Assembly (NCBI GenBank): GCA_964016885.1 | Contig: OZ024749.1 | Coordinates: 7,874,001-7,938,000, forward strand | Direction of reading: 5' to 3' | Source: Eledone cirrhosa | Taxonomy: Eukaryota | DNA: 64,000 nt | In this document: in pieces, positions 41,890 through 56,044 of the stretch | How the letters are laid out: each line of letters opens with the position of its first letter | Numbering within the stretch: the first letter of the stretch is position 1 | Position numbers and translations under genes: made by a program | The notes under the pieces: generated by a model | What the model was told of the DNA's origin: nothing | Databases searched by the model: none | Seen by the model: only the letters and a program-made list of their open reading frames with translations

Positions 41890-42530
41890 CAAAAAGGAAG
41901 TACATCATAATCGAAGCTCTGGTTTCAGCCAAGCTAACGAATGCAGTCAGTCGGTAAGCACTCAAGCCGCTAGGACCAGAGCAACGAAAATAACTGACTC
42001 AGGGAAATTATGACAATACCTGAATCATCTTGTTGATATTATACAATATCTCCGCTAGGTTTCTGTAAATCCGAAATCAACAAAATCCATTTGCAGGGGT
42101 CTGCAAGTTATTGGTTTTGGAAGATAGAACAGTGGAATTTACTTCGTCAACGACTTTTCGTTCTGCCACCCCGGTTTTGAGAACTAGCAGCAAGCACCGC
42201 AACTAGTCACGTGGTTTTCTCGAAGGGAGGTAACCGGGTTTTGGCGGTCAAATTGAAAAATTGAACTAAGGAATTATATCCTTTACACAAACCGGATAAA
42301 AGCTCTCAACTCGATGTTATTAAACAAACATAAACAATTAACCATGCAATAGAATTTTCTAATTAAATTAATCAATTAATCATTAAGTCTAGGAGATAAT
42401 AATTGTTTATACTTTTGGCACAAGGCCAGGGTCTAGGAGATAATAATACAAAAAGGAAGTACAGCATAATCGAAGTTCTGGTTGCAACCAGGCTAACGAA
42501 TACAGTCGGTATGTGCAGTTAAGCACTCAA
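41887..42530 (-). mobile_element. TA-embedded element, family E, with ~80-bp terminal direct repeat
   Basis: atacaaaaaggaagtaca..aagcactcaa at 41887-41965 and 42446-42530. Confidence 0.6.
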
Positions 42531-42578
42531 TATATAAATATATATTCTTTGGATTTTAGTCTTCAAATTTATTATTAT

Positions 42579-42612
<34 letters not shown>

Positions 42613-42924
42613 GTTATTCCGGGTTGAATCGGAGGTAACCACAGTAAGTAAGGTACTCAATACATTGCAGAGTATAAAAGTTTTAATATAGATGAGATTC
42701 TACAGGACTAGAACTGTTTCATTCTTTAGAAATCATCATGAATGAAACAGTTCTAGGCCTGTAGAATCTCATCTATATATATATATATATATATATGTAT
42801 GTAGATTATATTTAATTTGTTGGTTATATTTTTTTCTTGGAAATTTTTCTTAATAAACGTACTGAAAGATTTTAAGGAAAATTTTTGAAAATTCCTCTGA
42901 TGGTAGACGCCAACCGTCATGGTT

Positions 42925-43077
42925 GCATTTTTCAGGGTATGTCAATATTTATGTGTAAAACTAATCTATATTATATTTTATCAGATGAAAGCGCACCATA
43001 ATCTGCCTTGGTGGCCCTTGAAATATGTAAAATGAAATAAATATGGTTTTATAAATATAGTTTCCATTTGTTAATAT

Positions 43078-43082
<5 letters not shown>
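42925..43082 (+). mobile_element. Family B copy with inactivated hammerhead
   Basis: Core reads CAGATGA at 42982-42988 and lacks U16.1. Confidence 0.65.
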
Positions 43083-43108
<26 letters not shown>

Positions 43109-43110
<2 letters not shown>

Positions 43111-43282
43111 GAACCAGTAAGACCCCGACAGCTGAGCTCAAGCCGTTTCGACGGCTAATTCTGGAAACGGCTTGAGCTCAGCTGTCGGGGTCTTACTGGT
43201 TCCTATTACCCACTCTACTACCTCAAGTATTGAGTACTTTGGTGCGTTATGGTCCACCTGGTTCCTTACCACATTTCCTTCG

Positions 43283-43283
<1 letters not shown>
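43109..43283 (+). mobile_element. Family A element with fold-back
   Basis: 43109-43148 is inverted at about 43165-43204. Confidence 0.7.
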
Positions 43284-43374
<91 letters not shown>

Positions 43375-43415
43375 GGTAAGGTTGCTTGGATGCGTCCACT
43401 GATTCTTCGTTTTCC

Positions 43416-43494
<79 letters not shown>

Positions 43495-43604
43495 TATATA
43501 TAATATATATATATATAATATATATATATATATATAATATGTATATATATAATATATATATATATATATAATATATGTATATATAATATATATATATATA
43601 ATAT

Positions 43605-43705
<101 letters not shown>

Positions 43706-43781
43706 AATAATAATATATATATATATATATATAATAATATATATATATATATATATAATATAAATAATAATATATATATAT

Positions 43782-43890
<109 letters not shown>

Positions 43891-44026
43891 TATATAATAT
43901 ATATATATATTTCGTTTCTGAATTTGTTTAGCAAGATTCTTTATCTGAAATCGTGTGTTGAAACCGATATTGTGACCCTCCCAAAGTATAACAATATATA
44001 TATATATATAATATATATATATATAT

Positions 44027-44057
<31 letters not shown>

Positions 44058-44067
44058 ATATATATAT

Positions 44068-44165
<98 letters not shown>

Positions 44166-44239
44166 CAAAGAGAGACAAAGAGAGTGAGAGAGAGAGTGAG
44201 TGTGTGAGAGGCGGAGATGGAAAAATAGATATATACATG

Positions 44240-44285
<46 letters not shown>

Positions 44286-44680
44286 ATGACGGATGAAATA
44301 CGGGTATATAATCAGATTACTGGAGTGATTGAAAGTAAATTTCCTGTTGTAAAGGTAGCAAACTGGATGGCTTCCACAGTGTCGAAATAGATTGGATATT
44401 AGCCAGTTGCAGAGGAGCTTCTCGTGGGATTACAACGAGAGAAGCTAAATACATCCGGGAATAGAATATAGAAGACACTAGAATATATCTGTGTGTGTGT
44501 GTATGTGTGTGTATATATATATATATATACGCGGGGGGGGGTCTGTGTGTGTATGTGTATATATATATATATGTGTGTGTGTGTGTATGTGTATATATAC
44601 ATATATACATAAATATACACATATATATACATATATATATACTTATATATATCTATAATTACATATTTATATATATATAC

Positions 44681-44725
<45 letters not shown>

Positions 44726-44727
44726 TA

Positions 44728-44769
<42 letters not shown>

Positions 44770-44962
44770 TATATTTATATATATACCTATATATATATCT
44801 ATAATTGCATATTTATGTATACAAATCTATAAATAAATACATATATATGTGTGTGTATGTGTGTGTGTGTGTGTGTGTGAATGTATGTGTGTGTGTGTGC
44901 GTGTGTGTGCGTGTGTATGTATGTATGGGACCGTGACTCCTGATATATTCGTATTGGCATAC

Positions 44963-45236
44963 GGCGTTTCTTGGACATTTTAAAGCCTGGCAGAGACCAT
45001 CCATTTCCAGGCCTGAGTACAGCAGATTTCTTCCAGAGAAAGATAGAAACTGAGAGAGGAAATGAGAAAGAGATGTAAAGGAAGAATCAATCCCAGTACA
45101 AGACTGGTACATTTTTTTTATCGACTTCGAAAAGATGAAAGTCAAAGTTGACCTCTACAGGATTTGAAATCCGAGAGCAGAGACCCCGAACGAATCCCGT
45201 CAAACATTCTCTCCGACTTTCTAACGACTCCGACAA
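44963..45236 (-). mobile_element. SINE1-related family with a different 3' end; second copy 47097-47368
   Basis: Shares the atcgac..gatgaa..caaagttgac core; distinct tail gagaaatgag..aagcctggc. Confidence 0.75.
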
Positions 45237-45331
45237 AATATACATATATGTGTGGAGTTGGATGAGGGTATAAATATACATGCATATACCTATATTTATA
45301 TGGATATATTCATTGAGTATATATATATAGA

Positions 45332-45545
45332 GAGGCGTGTGGCTGAGTGGTTAGGGAATTGGATTCGCAATCGTAAGGTTGTGAGTTCGATTCCTGGACC
45401 AGGCGATGCGTTATGTCCTTGAGCAAGACACTTTATTTCACGTTGCTCCTTCTACCTGCAGTTGCGACCGATAGATAGTATTAGCAATTGGAGAGACCAA
45501 CGGAAACATTGTTCCCTCGGTCCGATTTGACGAAAGTCGATCGTT
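45332..45545 (+). mobile_element. SINE2, tRNA-derived
   Basis: A box tggctgagtgg, B box gagttcgattcc. Confidence 0.85.
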
Positions 45546-45606
45546 CCTTTTATATATATAGAGAGAGAGAGTGACAATAGGAAATGTGACTTCCTATTGT
45601 CACTCT

Positions 45607-45835
45607 ATATATACACTCGGCAAACTACAGATGTCTTAAACCTGGAGCACAACCCAACGAGTGACGGAACCCGTTACTGCATCGAGTGCTTCAACCAGCG
45701 TCGCCTCTAGTAACCACAAGTTCCTCGCATAATAACCTATATATATATATATAGTAACAGGTTCCGTCTCTCATTGGGTTGTGCTCCAGCTTTAAGACAT
45801 CTGTAGTTTGCAGAGTGTATATATAGAGTGATATA
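45607..45835. mobile_element. TA-embedded element, family G, with an inverted partial copy across a TA run
   Basis: 45607-45678 is inverted at 45752-45823; TCGAGTGCTT at 45682-45691. Confidence 0.6.
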
Positions 45836-46063
45836 GAGTGCTAACTCATTCATATCGTAGGTCGAATTTGCTTGCACACCGCCAAAGATTCGTTTTACTA
45901 AGCCTCCAATTATATATATATATATATATATAAGTATTAATAAAATAGATGTTCTTTTGATCAATTACATTTTATTATACATATTTCGGATGTACAACGA
46001 CAGTATGTCGTCATCACACAACATTTTTGACATAATCATCGAATATTGTTTAACAACCTAATA

Positions 46064-46108
<45 letters not shown>

Positions 46109-46203
46109 ATTAGGTTGTTAAATGAGTTATATTAGTATCCTAAAAATATATATTTATAATGAAATAAATATGATGCTATAGTGATATATTTTCCATTTAT
46201 TAC

Positions 46204-46255
<52 letters not shown>

Positions 46256-47692
46256 GTTATTATTATATAAATATATATATATATATGATATATTTGTTGT
46301 AGTGAACACAACAGGGAGGTATTCCATTTATTTCCCTTTGTAGCAGTTGTCACGATTTTCGTTGTAAAGTTCCACACATCTCTTAGGAGAAAATGGAAAA
46401 TAGGTAGATTGTTGATTTTAATGCATTTGCCAAGAAGGGATTATAGATTTTAGCAATGAAATGACATGATGTCAAGTGACCATCTTTCACCGGATATTGA
46501 TACAGGTTCCCTGAAAGGCTATCCTGATCGATCGTGATTATACCTTACTCTGATCAGTTTGGGACTCAATACATGCAGGTATGTTAATAATTATAGAATA
46601 TAAACTGTAGTTATTTTTTCTTTCTCTTTTCTTTGATTTTGTCCTGGGTGTGGCGAGGTAAGAAATACAATGGATTATAACCAGAGTATATTAGTAATAT
46701 CGATTTTTCTCAGTCATGAAATTCATACAAAAATTTAAAATATGTAACTATTTATATCTGCAATTTTTGTTTTTTTATTTTTGTTTTTCGTGTCTCATTC
46801 AAACTAATCTTGGATGTCACTCCTAATCAACAATGATTTAGTAACCCCTGTAACCATATTACCGATAATGGTTATAGATTTAAGTGTTCAAGACATTCGC
46901 TTCGCAATCTTGATATGAGGTTCCACGTTCGATCCAAGTGTGTGATATCTTGGACAAGTCTCTTTGCAATAGCGTTAGCATGACGCACGATTTATATATA
47001 CGTATGTATAGAAATTTATACATACATATGTATACGTGTGAGGGGGGGGGGTATGGTCAAATAACGCCTAATAGTCTTGGAGGGGCGTCGTAATAACATA
47101 CGGCCTCTCTTGGCTATTTTAAGCCTGGCGGAGCCCATTTCTCTCCAGGCATGAATACAGCAGATTTAAAGAAAGATAGAAAGTGAGAGAAAGAAAAATG
47201 AGACAAAGATATAGAGGACGAATCGACCCCCAGTATTAGACTGGTATTTCTTTTATCGACCTCGAAAGGATGAACGGCAAAGTTGACTTCGGTGGAATCT
47301 GAACTCCAAGAGAACAGAGCCAGAACGAATACCATAAAGCATTCTATCCGATGTTCTAACGATTCGCCTATATATAATGTGTGAGTGTGAGTGTGTGAGT
47401 TATATATATATATGTGTGTGTGTGAGAGAGAGAATTTGTTTGTGTGTGCATTTGTGTGTATATGTGTGTTATGTATTTCCGTAGAAAAAGTAAGGGAAAG
47501 AAAAGTGCCCTATGTGTAGTACAGAGCTATTTAATTATATGGAAATAAAAAATGTATATATATCTATATATATACAGATATATATACTTTTCTTAACTAC
47601 TTTTCCCATCTTGACGTTATAGTCGCATATATGTTATAGAATGCCGTTAGCTTCTTGCTAAAACAATCTCTATACCTCTCATTTATATTTAT

Positions 47693-47727
<35 letters not shown>

Positions 47728-47753
47728 TAACCAAAGATTAATATGGTTCGTTG

Positions 47754-47795
<42 letters not shown>

Positions 47796-47799
<4 letters not shown>

Positions 47800-48378
47800 T
47801 GACGAAGGACTATTTTTATCATATGTAACCCATGTGCAACCACGCAGTATTCTTTCTTCTCATGTTTTTTATATATATTTACCTCGCTGCGTTTGTCTGT
47901 TTCTCTCTTACTGCTTCCCCTCTCTCTCTGTTTCTCTCACCTTCTTTCGCCCCCTCTGTCAGTTACACTTTCTCTCCACTGGCCACTTCCACTCACTCAC
48001 TCTCTGTTTCCCCCCTTCTCACTTCCTCCCGTTTGGCCTGTATGGGTTCTCTTCTTGCTCACATCTCACTCACGCGGATGGTCTGCATCACGCTCGCTCA
48101 TGAAATCCACCCAGCTTAAGCTGACCGGATAACCATGTTGCTTGTTTTTTCCTATCTTTGCGTTGCTATCAATCCTTCTTCTTTGTTTACTTGTCTCGCC
48201 CGCTTTACGCGATTTACTTGTCCCAATAGCTTTATTTAGCTATTGCTCGCACCAACCGGAGGTATATGATTTTTAAAGCGATGAAATACCAATGAAGGTT
48301 GGAAAATCACTGACGAAGGACTATTTTTATCATATGTAACCCATGTGCAACCACGCAGTATTCTTTCTTCTCATGTTT
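47796..48378 (+). mobile_element. TA-embedded 511-bp monomer plus 72-bp terminal redundancy
   Basis: 47796-47867 is identical to 48307-48378; both begin tcaCTGACGAagg. Confidence 0.7.
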
Positions 48379-48401
48379 ATATATATATATATATATATAT
48401 G

Positions 48402-48491
<90 letters not shown>

Positions 48492-48539
48492 GACGAGCAT
48501 GTTTTGAAACAGTGAGCAGGTTTGAAATAAGAAAATAGA

Positions 48540-49160
48540 ATAGCTTTCACCGTTTTTTTTACTAAAGAAATTTTAGCCTGATAATGGGGTTTAGAATCCT
48601 CAGATAAATACTCATCTGTTTCCATTTATCTGAGGGTTCTAAACCCCATTATCATCCTAAAATTTCTTTAGTCAAAAATACGGTGAAAGATATTATATAT
48701 ATATATATAACCAAAGATTAATATGGTTCGTTGATTATTCAACGAATACAGTTTTACAATAGATTAGAAGCACTCGACAAAAGATTTTCCTGGAGTATTT
48801 AATATTATTCAAAATATTAATAAATGAAAAATATTCTCATAATAAAATATATATTTTAATTATGAGAATATTTTTCATTTATTAATATTTTGAATAATAC
48901 ATATATATATTAATTCAAAATATTAACAAAAATAGACATTCGTGTGATCAAGTATATTTTATTATACATATTTCAGAGGTACTGAGCTATCTTCAACAGT
49001 ACCTCTGAAATATGTATAATAAAATATACTTGATGACACGAATGTCTATTTTTGTTAATATTTTGAATTAATATTAATAACTCCGGAAAACCATACTGTT
49101 GAGTTCTTCCAATCTATTGTAAAACTCATTCTTTGATTTATTCATTGAACCTTGTTTAAC

Positions 49161-49163
<3 letters not shown>
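48540..49163. mobile_element. Cluster of three fold-backs (48540-48692, ~48800-48898, 48910-49072), partly family F
   Basis: Inverted arms seen directly; terminus aaccaaagattaatatggttcg is also at ~47729. Confidence 0.65.
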
Positions 49164-49216
<53 letters not shown>

Positions 49217-49285
49217 GCGGTGCCCCAGCATGGCCTCAGCCGGATGGCTGAAACAGATAAAAGAGAATATATATATGAAAAAGTA

Positions 49286-49444
49286 TGACTCCGAAGGCAG
49301 AGCTCAAGCCGTTTCGACGGCTATTTCTGGACTCCAGAAATAGCCGTCGAAACGGCCTGAGCTCTGCCGTCGGGGTCTACTACCTTAAGTATTGAGTACT
49401 CTGGTGCGTTATGGTCCATCTGGTTCCTTACCACAATTCCTTTG

Positions 49445-49446
<2 letters not shown>
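49286..49446 (+). mobile_element. Family A element with fold-back
   Basis: Centre near 49331 (ctggactccag). Confidence 0.7.
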
Positions 49447-49487
<41 letters not shown>

Positions 49488-49735
49488 CGTATGTGTATAT
49501 GCATGCGTGTGTGCAGTGCATATACGTATATTTGCGAATATATGCACATTTTACGTACACAAGCAAACCCACTTGCGTGTATATTTGTACAAGCACATGT
49601 GTGCAGGTACATATGCATATGTGTGTGTATAACTTTACTAAACTCTATTTTCAGTTATTGTATGCACCCACACCTATCAAGACATTTATTCATGAACCTA
49701 AATCCGAAAACACAACTAATGTCTTCGTTTTATTA

Positions 49736-50145
49736 TTGGTGGATTGTCAGTATCGGTAGAGGGTCGGACGCCATGCTTCGCAGCATAGCGCTACGGCCCT
49801 TTATGGTCTGAGTTCAAATCCCGCCGGGGTTAACTTTGCCTTTCATTCTTACGGGGTCGATAAAATAAAGTACCAGTAATGTACTGAGTTATTGCTGGCC
49901 TTGAGCCAACAGTAGAAACAATTATTGGTGGATTGGCAATATCGGTAGAGGGTCGGATGCAATGTTTTGTAGCATAGAGTTACGACCCTTTATGGTATGA
50001 GTTCAAATCTGGCCGAGGTTAACTTTGCCTTTCATCCTTACGTGGTCGATAAAATAAGGTACCAGTAATGCACTGGGATAATTGCTGTCCTTGTGCCAGC
50101 AATTATCCCAGTGCATTACTGGTACTTTATTTTATAGAAACAATT
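49736..50145 (+). mobile_element. Tandem SINE1 dimer; the second copy has an inverted tail segment
   Basis: Copies at 49736-49925 and 49926-50097; 50097-50135 is the reverse complement of the preceding tail. Confidence 0.88.
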
Positions 50146-50824
50146 ATTACTTTTACTATTATTATTAACTTCAGTATTTTTATCGACAATCATTTCACTA
50201 TTATTAATATCATTTACCATATATGGTAGCTGGAAATTATTTGGTTATTCTAAAAAGAATATTAGTTAATCTACTGATTTTTTCTTAGCATGAATATGAT
50301 TTCATCATGGCAAGAATATGATTTTTCCATAACAAGAATTTGATATTCCCGCTCCAAATAGTGACGTAATTCTCCTTGCATATATTTTGTTCATCTCAAC
50401 AGAACGTCCTAACGAATTACCACCTATGTCTTCCTGTTTTCGAAAGGCCTATTTCGTCGTAATCTTTTCGAAATATTTACTCCACACTTAAGATTTATAG
50501 AGCAGCATTATATTAGCTAAAGCGTCTCTGTTTAAAGATTTTCGCGTATGATATGGGGGTGATTTTGGCTACTCTTTCGGACAAGTAGATGGAGCAATCA
50601 CATACTGATATCTAGATATCTTCGTTGCTGCACAATGAGAGTCTTCCAATGCTGTCAGTATTTATATTATTTCGGATTTTCTCATTTCTCGTTTTTCAAT
50701 TTAATTACCTCCCTTTTGATTGAACTCTCTTTAATATCAACTTTTCCTTTTCTTTTACCATTGCATTCGGGCAATTATTTTCTGACAGTTGCTTTATTGT
50801 TTCTCCTAAAAAGGTAACAGTTAG

Positions 50825-51330
50825 ATTTAATGTTACAATGTGGTCGAACACCCAATATATGTGTATATGAGTGTGCGTCTGTGTGTCAATATGTGTGTGT
50901 GTGTGTGCATGTGTGTGTGCGATGTAATGCTACAATATGGCCGAACACCAAATATATGTGTCTATGTGTGTGTGTGTGTGCATCTGTGTGTGTGTGCGTA
51001 TGTGTGTCAATATGTGTGTGTGTGTGTGTGTGTGCGATTTAATGCTACAATATGGCCGAACACCAAATATATATGTCTATGTGTGTGTGTGTGTGCATCT
51101 GTGTGTGTGTGCGTATGTGTGTCAATATGTGTGTCTGTGTGTGCATGTGTGTGTGTGCGATTTAATGTTATAATATGGCCGAACACCCAATATATGTGTC
51201 TCTGAGTGTGTGTGTGTGTGTACATGTGTGTGTGTGTGTGCGTATGTGTGTCAATGTGGGTGTGTGTGTGTGTGTGCATGTTTGCGTGCGATTTAATGTT
51301 ACAATATGGCCGAACACCCAATATATGTGT
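50825..51330 (+). repeat. ~100-130-bp tandem unit (gatttaatg.tacaatatggccgaacacc + GT-rich spacer), 5 copies
   Basis: Direct inspection; followed by (GTAT)n to ~52050. Confidence 0.85.
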
Positions 51331-52494
51331 GTGTGTGTGTGTGTGTGGGTGCGTGTGTGTGTGTTTGTGGGTGCATGTGTGTGTACGTGTGTATGTGTGT
51401 ACGTATGTACGTGTGTATGTATGTACGTGTGTATGTATGTACGTGTGTATGTGTGTAGATGTGTATAGGTATGTATGTGTGTATGTATATATGTGTATAG
51501 ATATGTGTGTATGTGTGTACAGGTATGTGTGTATGTGTGTATGTATGTATGTGTGTACAGGTATGTGTGTATGTGTGTATGTATGTATATGTGTACGAGT
51601 GTATGTATGCATGTGTGTATATATGTGTGTATGTGTGTATATATATGTATGTGTGTACGTCTGTATGTATGTATGTATGTGTGTATGTATGTGTGTACGT
51701 CTGTATGTATGTATGTGTGTATGTATGTGTGTGTATCTATGTGTGTATGTGTGTACGTGTGTATGTATGTATGTGTGTGGTAGTATTTAACCTTTGTACA
51801 ATGGTAGTGCTATAACGCCGTCGGTGTGTATGTATGTATGTGTGTGTATGTGTGTCTGTGTATGTGTGTATATATATGTATGTATGTATATATGTATGTA
51901 TGTGAGTATGTATGTGTGTATATGTATGTATGTATGTGTGTATGTATGTGAGTATGTATGTATGTATATATGTATGCATGTATGTGTGTATACGTATGTG
52001 TGTACGTGTGTATATGTATGTATATATGTGTGTATGTATGTATGTATGTGGTAGTATTTAACCTCTGTACAATGGTAATGCCATAATGTCGTAGTTTGAA
52101 ATTCTTTCAATTGTTTTTGTTTATTCTCTCTTTTTATTTCCTTTCTTTCTCTCTAATTCTTCCGCCATTTTCTTACCCAGAAATGAAGCTATTTCGATTT
52201 ACTTTAAAGCTGGCATACTCCTCCATTTCTGCTGTTATGTGGAATAAGATACGATAATCATTTATTGATCTCGTAGTTGTTGTTGTTATCACGACCATGA
52301 AGATGATGATGATGATGATGATGATGATAATCTCGGCGATGATGATGATGATGATGATAAGGCGGAGAAGGAGGTGGATAATGATATTGGCTTTACCATA
52401 AGGTCATCTTGTATACAGCAGACCTATGATAAAACACTTCAAACTGAGACCATCCCAGTTCTACGTATCTGTGTATCTCTCTATGGCTAGACGG

Positions 52495-53066
52495 TGGGTA
52501 GGAATGTGGGTAGGTAGGTAGGTGGGTAGTGAGGTAGGTAAGTAGGTAGGTACCTGGGTAGGTAGGTGGGTAGTGCGGTAGGTAGGTAAGTAGGTAGGTA
52601 GCTGGGTAGGTGGTTAGATGGGTAAGTAGGTATGTATGTAAGTAGGTAGGTAGGTAGGTAGGTAGGTAGGTAGGTAGGTAGGTAGGTAGGTAGGTAGGTA
52701 GGTAGGTATGTGGGTAGGTAGGTAGGTGGGTAGTGAGGTAGGTAAGTAGGTAGGTAGCTGGGTAGGTAGGTGGGTAGTGAGGTAGGTAGATAGGTAGGGG
52801 GTAGGTAGGTAGGTAGATAGGTAGGGAGTAGGTAGGTATGTGGGTAGGTATAGTAGGTAGGTAGGTAAGTAGTTAGGTAGGTAATGAGGTAGGTATGGTA
52901 GGTAGGTAAGTGGTTAGGTAGGTAAGGAGGTAGGTAGATAGATAGGGGTTAGGTAGGTAGGTATGTAGGTAGGTAAGTAATTAGGTAGGTAAGGAGGTAG
53001 GTAGATAGGTAGGCGGTAGGTAGGTAGGTATGTAGGTAGGTAGGTAAGTAATTAGGTATGGTAGGG
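52495..53066 (+). repeat. (GGTA)n microsatellite
   Basis: Direct inspection. Confidence 0.95.
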
Positions 53067-53448
53067 ATTGATGAATCAATCTATCTCTATGTAGTATTGC
53101 CAAAAGCTTAAGAAGTTCGGCTGGAAATCAAGACATCCCCAGCTCGACCGCACTGCATGCTATCTTCAGCAAGTGTATATTACCTTGATCGTACGAGGCC
53201 TTATTGGAGTGATTGGATCGACAGAAACTATGCCGAAGTCCATCGATTAAAATGCACTCGTAATTCATACGTTGATGTTTTTCAGGCCTCTACAGAAATC
53301 ATATGATCATCACATCTCTCTAAAGTCAGTACACATTGGCCTGCAGCAGTCACGCATGCGTGTAAAGTTATCATATATTTTTGTCGTCATACATTCGTGT
53401 ACAGGCATCACATATTTGTATATAGCCTAGCCTAACCTCATCCCATCC

Positions 53449-54095
53449 TCATATCTTAGAGTCGAGAATCATGGACTTATAGACCAGCACTCCCCATCTT
53501 TTCCTGTCTGTTGCCATTGTTGTATATTCCATCAAACTCCTTCCTGTCCATTCCTTAATATCATCTGTCCATCTCCTTTTCTGCCCTCCCCAGGCCCTGT
53601 TCCCCTGTATTCGTCCCTCAAGGATGTGGGTAGTCAAATTTTGGACCCTCCTGAAGACATGACCAAAAATACTGAAGTTCCCTCTTCCTTACTGTTTCAA
53701 CCAGCTGTCGATTGATACCAATCGCTTCCAGAGCAGACTCAATTGTTCTGTGAGCTGTCCAGCTAATTCTAAGTGCACACCTATAGCATGACATTTCAAA
53801 TACACTCAGTCGTTTCAAGACCCACAACCATATAGAGCTACTGGCCACACTAATGTTTGGATTACTTTCTTCTTGGTGGCTTTGTAAGAGCTCTATCCTT
53901 CCAAAGGCTGCTGAGTGTGCTCGGGACTGTTGTTATAGTTGCTAGTCTCGCCCTTATTTCCCAGCTTCCCTCTGCCGTCTTCTCAAGTAGTGAACCAAGG
54001 TATTTGTACTTCTCGACTAGTTCAAGCCTGGCATCTTGGTTCCGTATGTTCATTTATTCCTTCTTTCTAGTTGCTGCCATTGTCTTTTCTATGTT
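53449..54095 (-). pseudogene. RTE-clade LINE 3' remnant
   Basis: VEKYKYLGS, RLSVFEMSCYRCALRISWT, LVETVRKRELQYF, ILEGRIQGNR..QKRRWTDDIKEWTG. Confidence 0.8.
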
Positions 54096-54129
54096 TATCT
54101 TCAGACTATATTCCCTCGTGCATTACACA

Positions 54130-54500
54130 TGTATGTATAGTTGTAATATATTTCGGTAACATCTTCACACATATTTACACAGACACCATCTATTTATGTG
54201 CAGTCGTACATTTGTGTATATTCGTTATACATATCTGTACATTCGTCATTCCTTTCTGTGCAGACGTCACACGTTTCTGTATTGTCGTGATATATTTGAG
54301 TGTATTCGTTCTACAAATCTGTACCATCGTCATACATCTTTGTAATTCCCACACCTTTCTGTAGTATAGACGTCATACATTTGTATAGATTCATCATACA
54401 TTTCTGCATATAAGTCATACATTTCACTATAAACGTCATATTTTTCTATATAAGCGTCATATATTTATGTGTAGACATTATATATTTATGTATAGACGTC
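54130..54500 (+). repeat. Degenerate ~21-bp minisatellite (cgtcatacatttctgtataga-like)
   Basis: Direct inspection. Confidence 0.7.
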
Positions 54501-54511
54501 ATTATTTTCCC

Positions 54512-54609
54512 GCCGAGGTTGACTTTACCTTTCATCCTTACGGGGTCGATAAAATAAAGTACCAGTAATGCACTGGGTAATTGCTGGCCTCGTGCCAAAA
54601 GTAGAAACA
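54512..54609 (+). mobile_element. 5'-truncated SINE1 with 11-bp TSD
   Basis: attattttccc at 54501-54511 and 54610-54620. Confidence 0.88.
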
Positions 54610-54620
54610 ATTATTTTCCC

Positions 54621-54895
54621 TTATAATTGCTACGTATTTATGTCCATCGTCTGTTATATATTTTGTGTTGTTGGCATCAATTTTGCTTTCCTTCTCGATG
54701 TCGTTAAGTAAATCATCAGCGATGGCGTGGTGCGTTTCAATTTGCTGGCTTGTTAAAAGACGGTCAGGAACTTGTGTAGCATGTAATTCTGCTTGGTGCG
54801 TTCTGGGGGTTCAAATCTAGGCGCGTTCTGCGAGTAGTTTCAAACGGCAGATTCATATCAGCAATGGCAAGTTCAACTGACACATAAAATCCTGA
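54621..54895 (-). pseudogene. Possible mariner-like transposase remnant
   Basis: Minus strand reads QVPDRLLTSQQIETHHAIADDLLNDIEKES..YITDDG, resembling the mariner WVP..LT..Q...LL....ITGDE region. Weak. Confidence 0.35.
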
Positions 54896-55381
54896 TCAGA
54901 TTTGCTGATCGGTTCATTCCGAGTCCCTATTTTAGTGTGGAGCTGTTACACATTTCTGTACACACGTCATACATTTCAGATTAATATAAGTTTACCAATA
55001 ACCGAGAAAGATATTTCGAAAATGTTGAGAAGGGGGAAAAAAGAGATGGAAAATGAATTATTTTGTGAGACAGCTGAGACAGTTGACAACGATCGCGTGG
55101 AAGGAGGTGAACAACTCCATAATCCGAGAGAAAGCCCAGCTCCCTAGCATGAAGGAGGTATTGGTGTAGAGATAACCCCTCTGACTTAGACATGTTTAAA
55201 CAATGCAGTTTTGTCGGTTACTAACACACGTACACATGCATGAATACTCATACATATATTCACACATACACTCACTCAAACATATACACACACACACACA
55301 CACACATTATTTCGAGATGCATTTGATGTGTGTCTTGAGAGTTAATTTATATACATGTGAGTTTATATATATATGTGAGTT

Positions 55382-55436
<55 letters not shown>

Positions 55437-55542
55437 ACATATGAATGAAAATCAAGATATATCTGGCTGTATATATTCCTAGATATCAACATGAGTATAC
55501 TGAGGTGTGTGTATATATGCATACATCCATACACACGCACAC

Positions 55543-55611
<69 letters not shown>

Positions 55612-55689
55612 TATGTATATATATACATATATATATATGTACATATATGTATATATATAAATATATATATATATGTATATATATATATA

Positions 55690-55805
<116 letters not shown>

Positions 55806-56044
55806 GTGTGTGTTTGTATACACACACACATACACCGCACACATATACACATATATAATATATATATTTAAACTTGCAAATATCTATGTGATGTTAATAC
55901 GACGTTCACCTTATATTTACTTGGGCGAGCTTGTGTCAAAAATTAATCCCCTGGTTCTCTCACATTCATAGCAAATTGATAGATGTTTCCTCCCAGTGTT
56001 TTTAATATTAATAAACAATATATGCTTAAATCGACAAACGTCAG

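Noticed and set aside
45968-46017. Hammerhead on the minus strand (GTGATGA..GAA atatgtat A)
   Set aside because: C3 is mutated and stems I and II do not close.
50825-51330. CRISPR-like constant repeat with variable spacers
   Set aside because: Spacers are homologous GT-rich microsatellite, the context is eukaryotic and there are no cas genes.
54980-55157. Apparent exon with AG/GT boundaries
   Set aside because: All frames contain stops, and one reads RQLRQLTTIAWKEVNNSIIREKAQLPSM, more like an RTE remnant.
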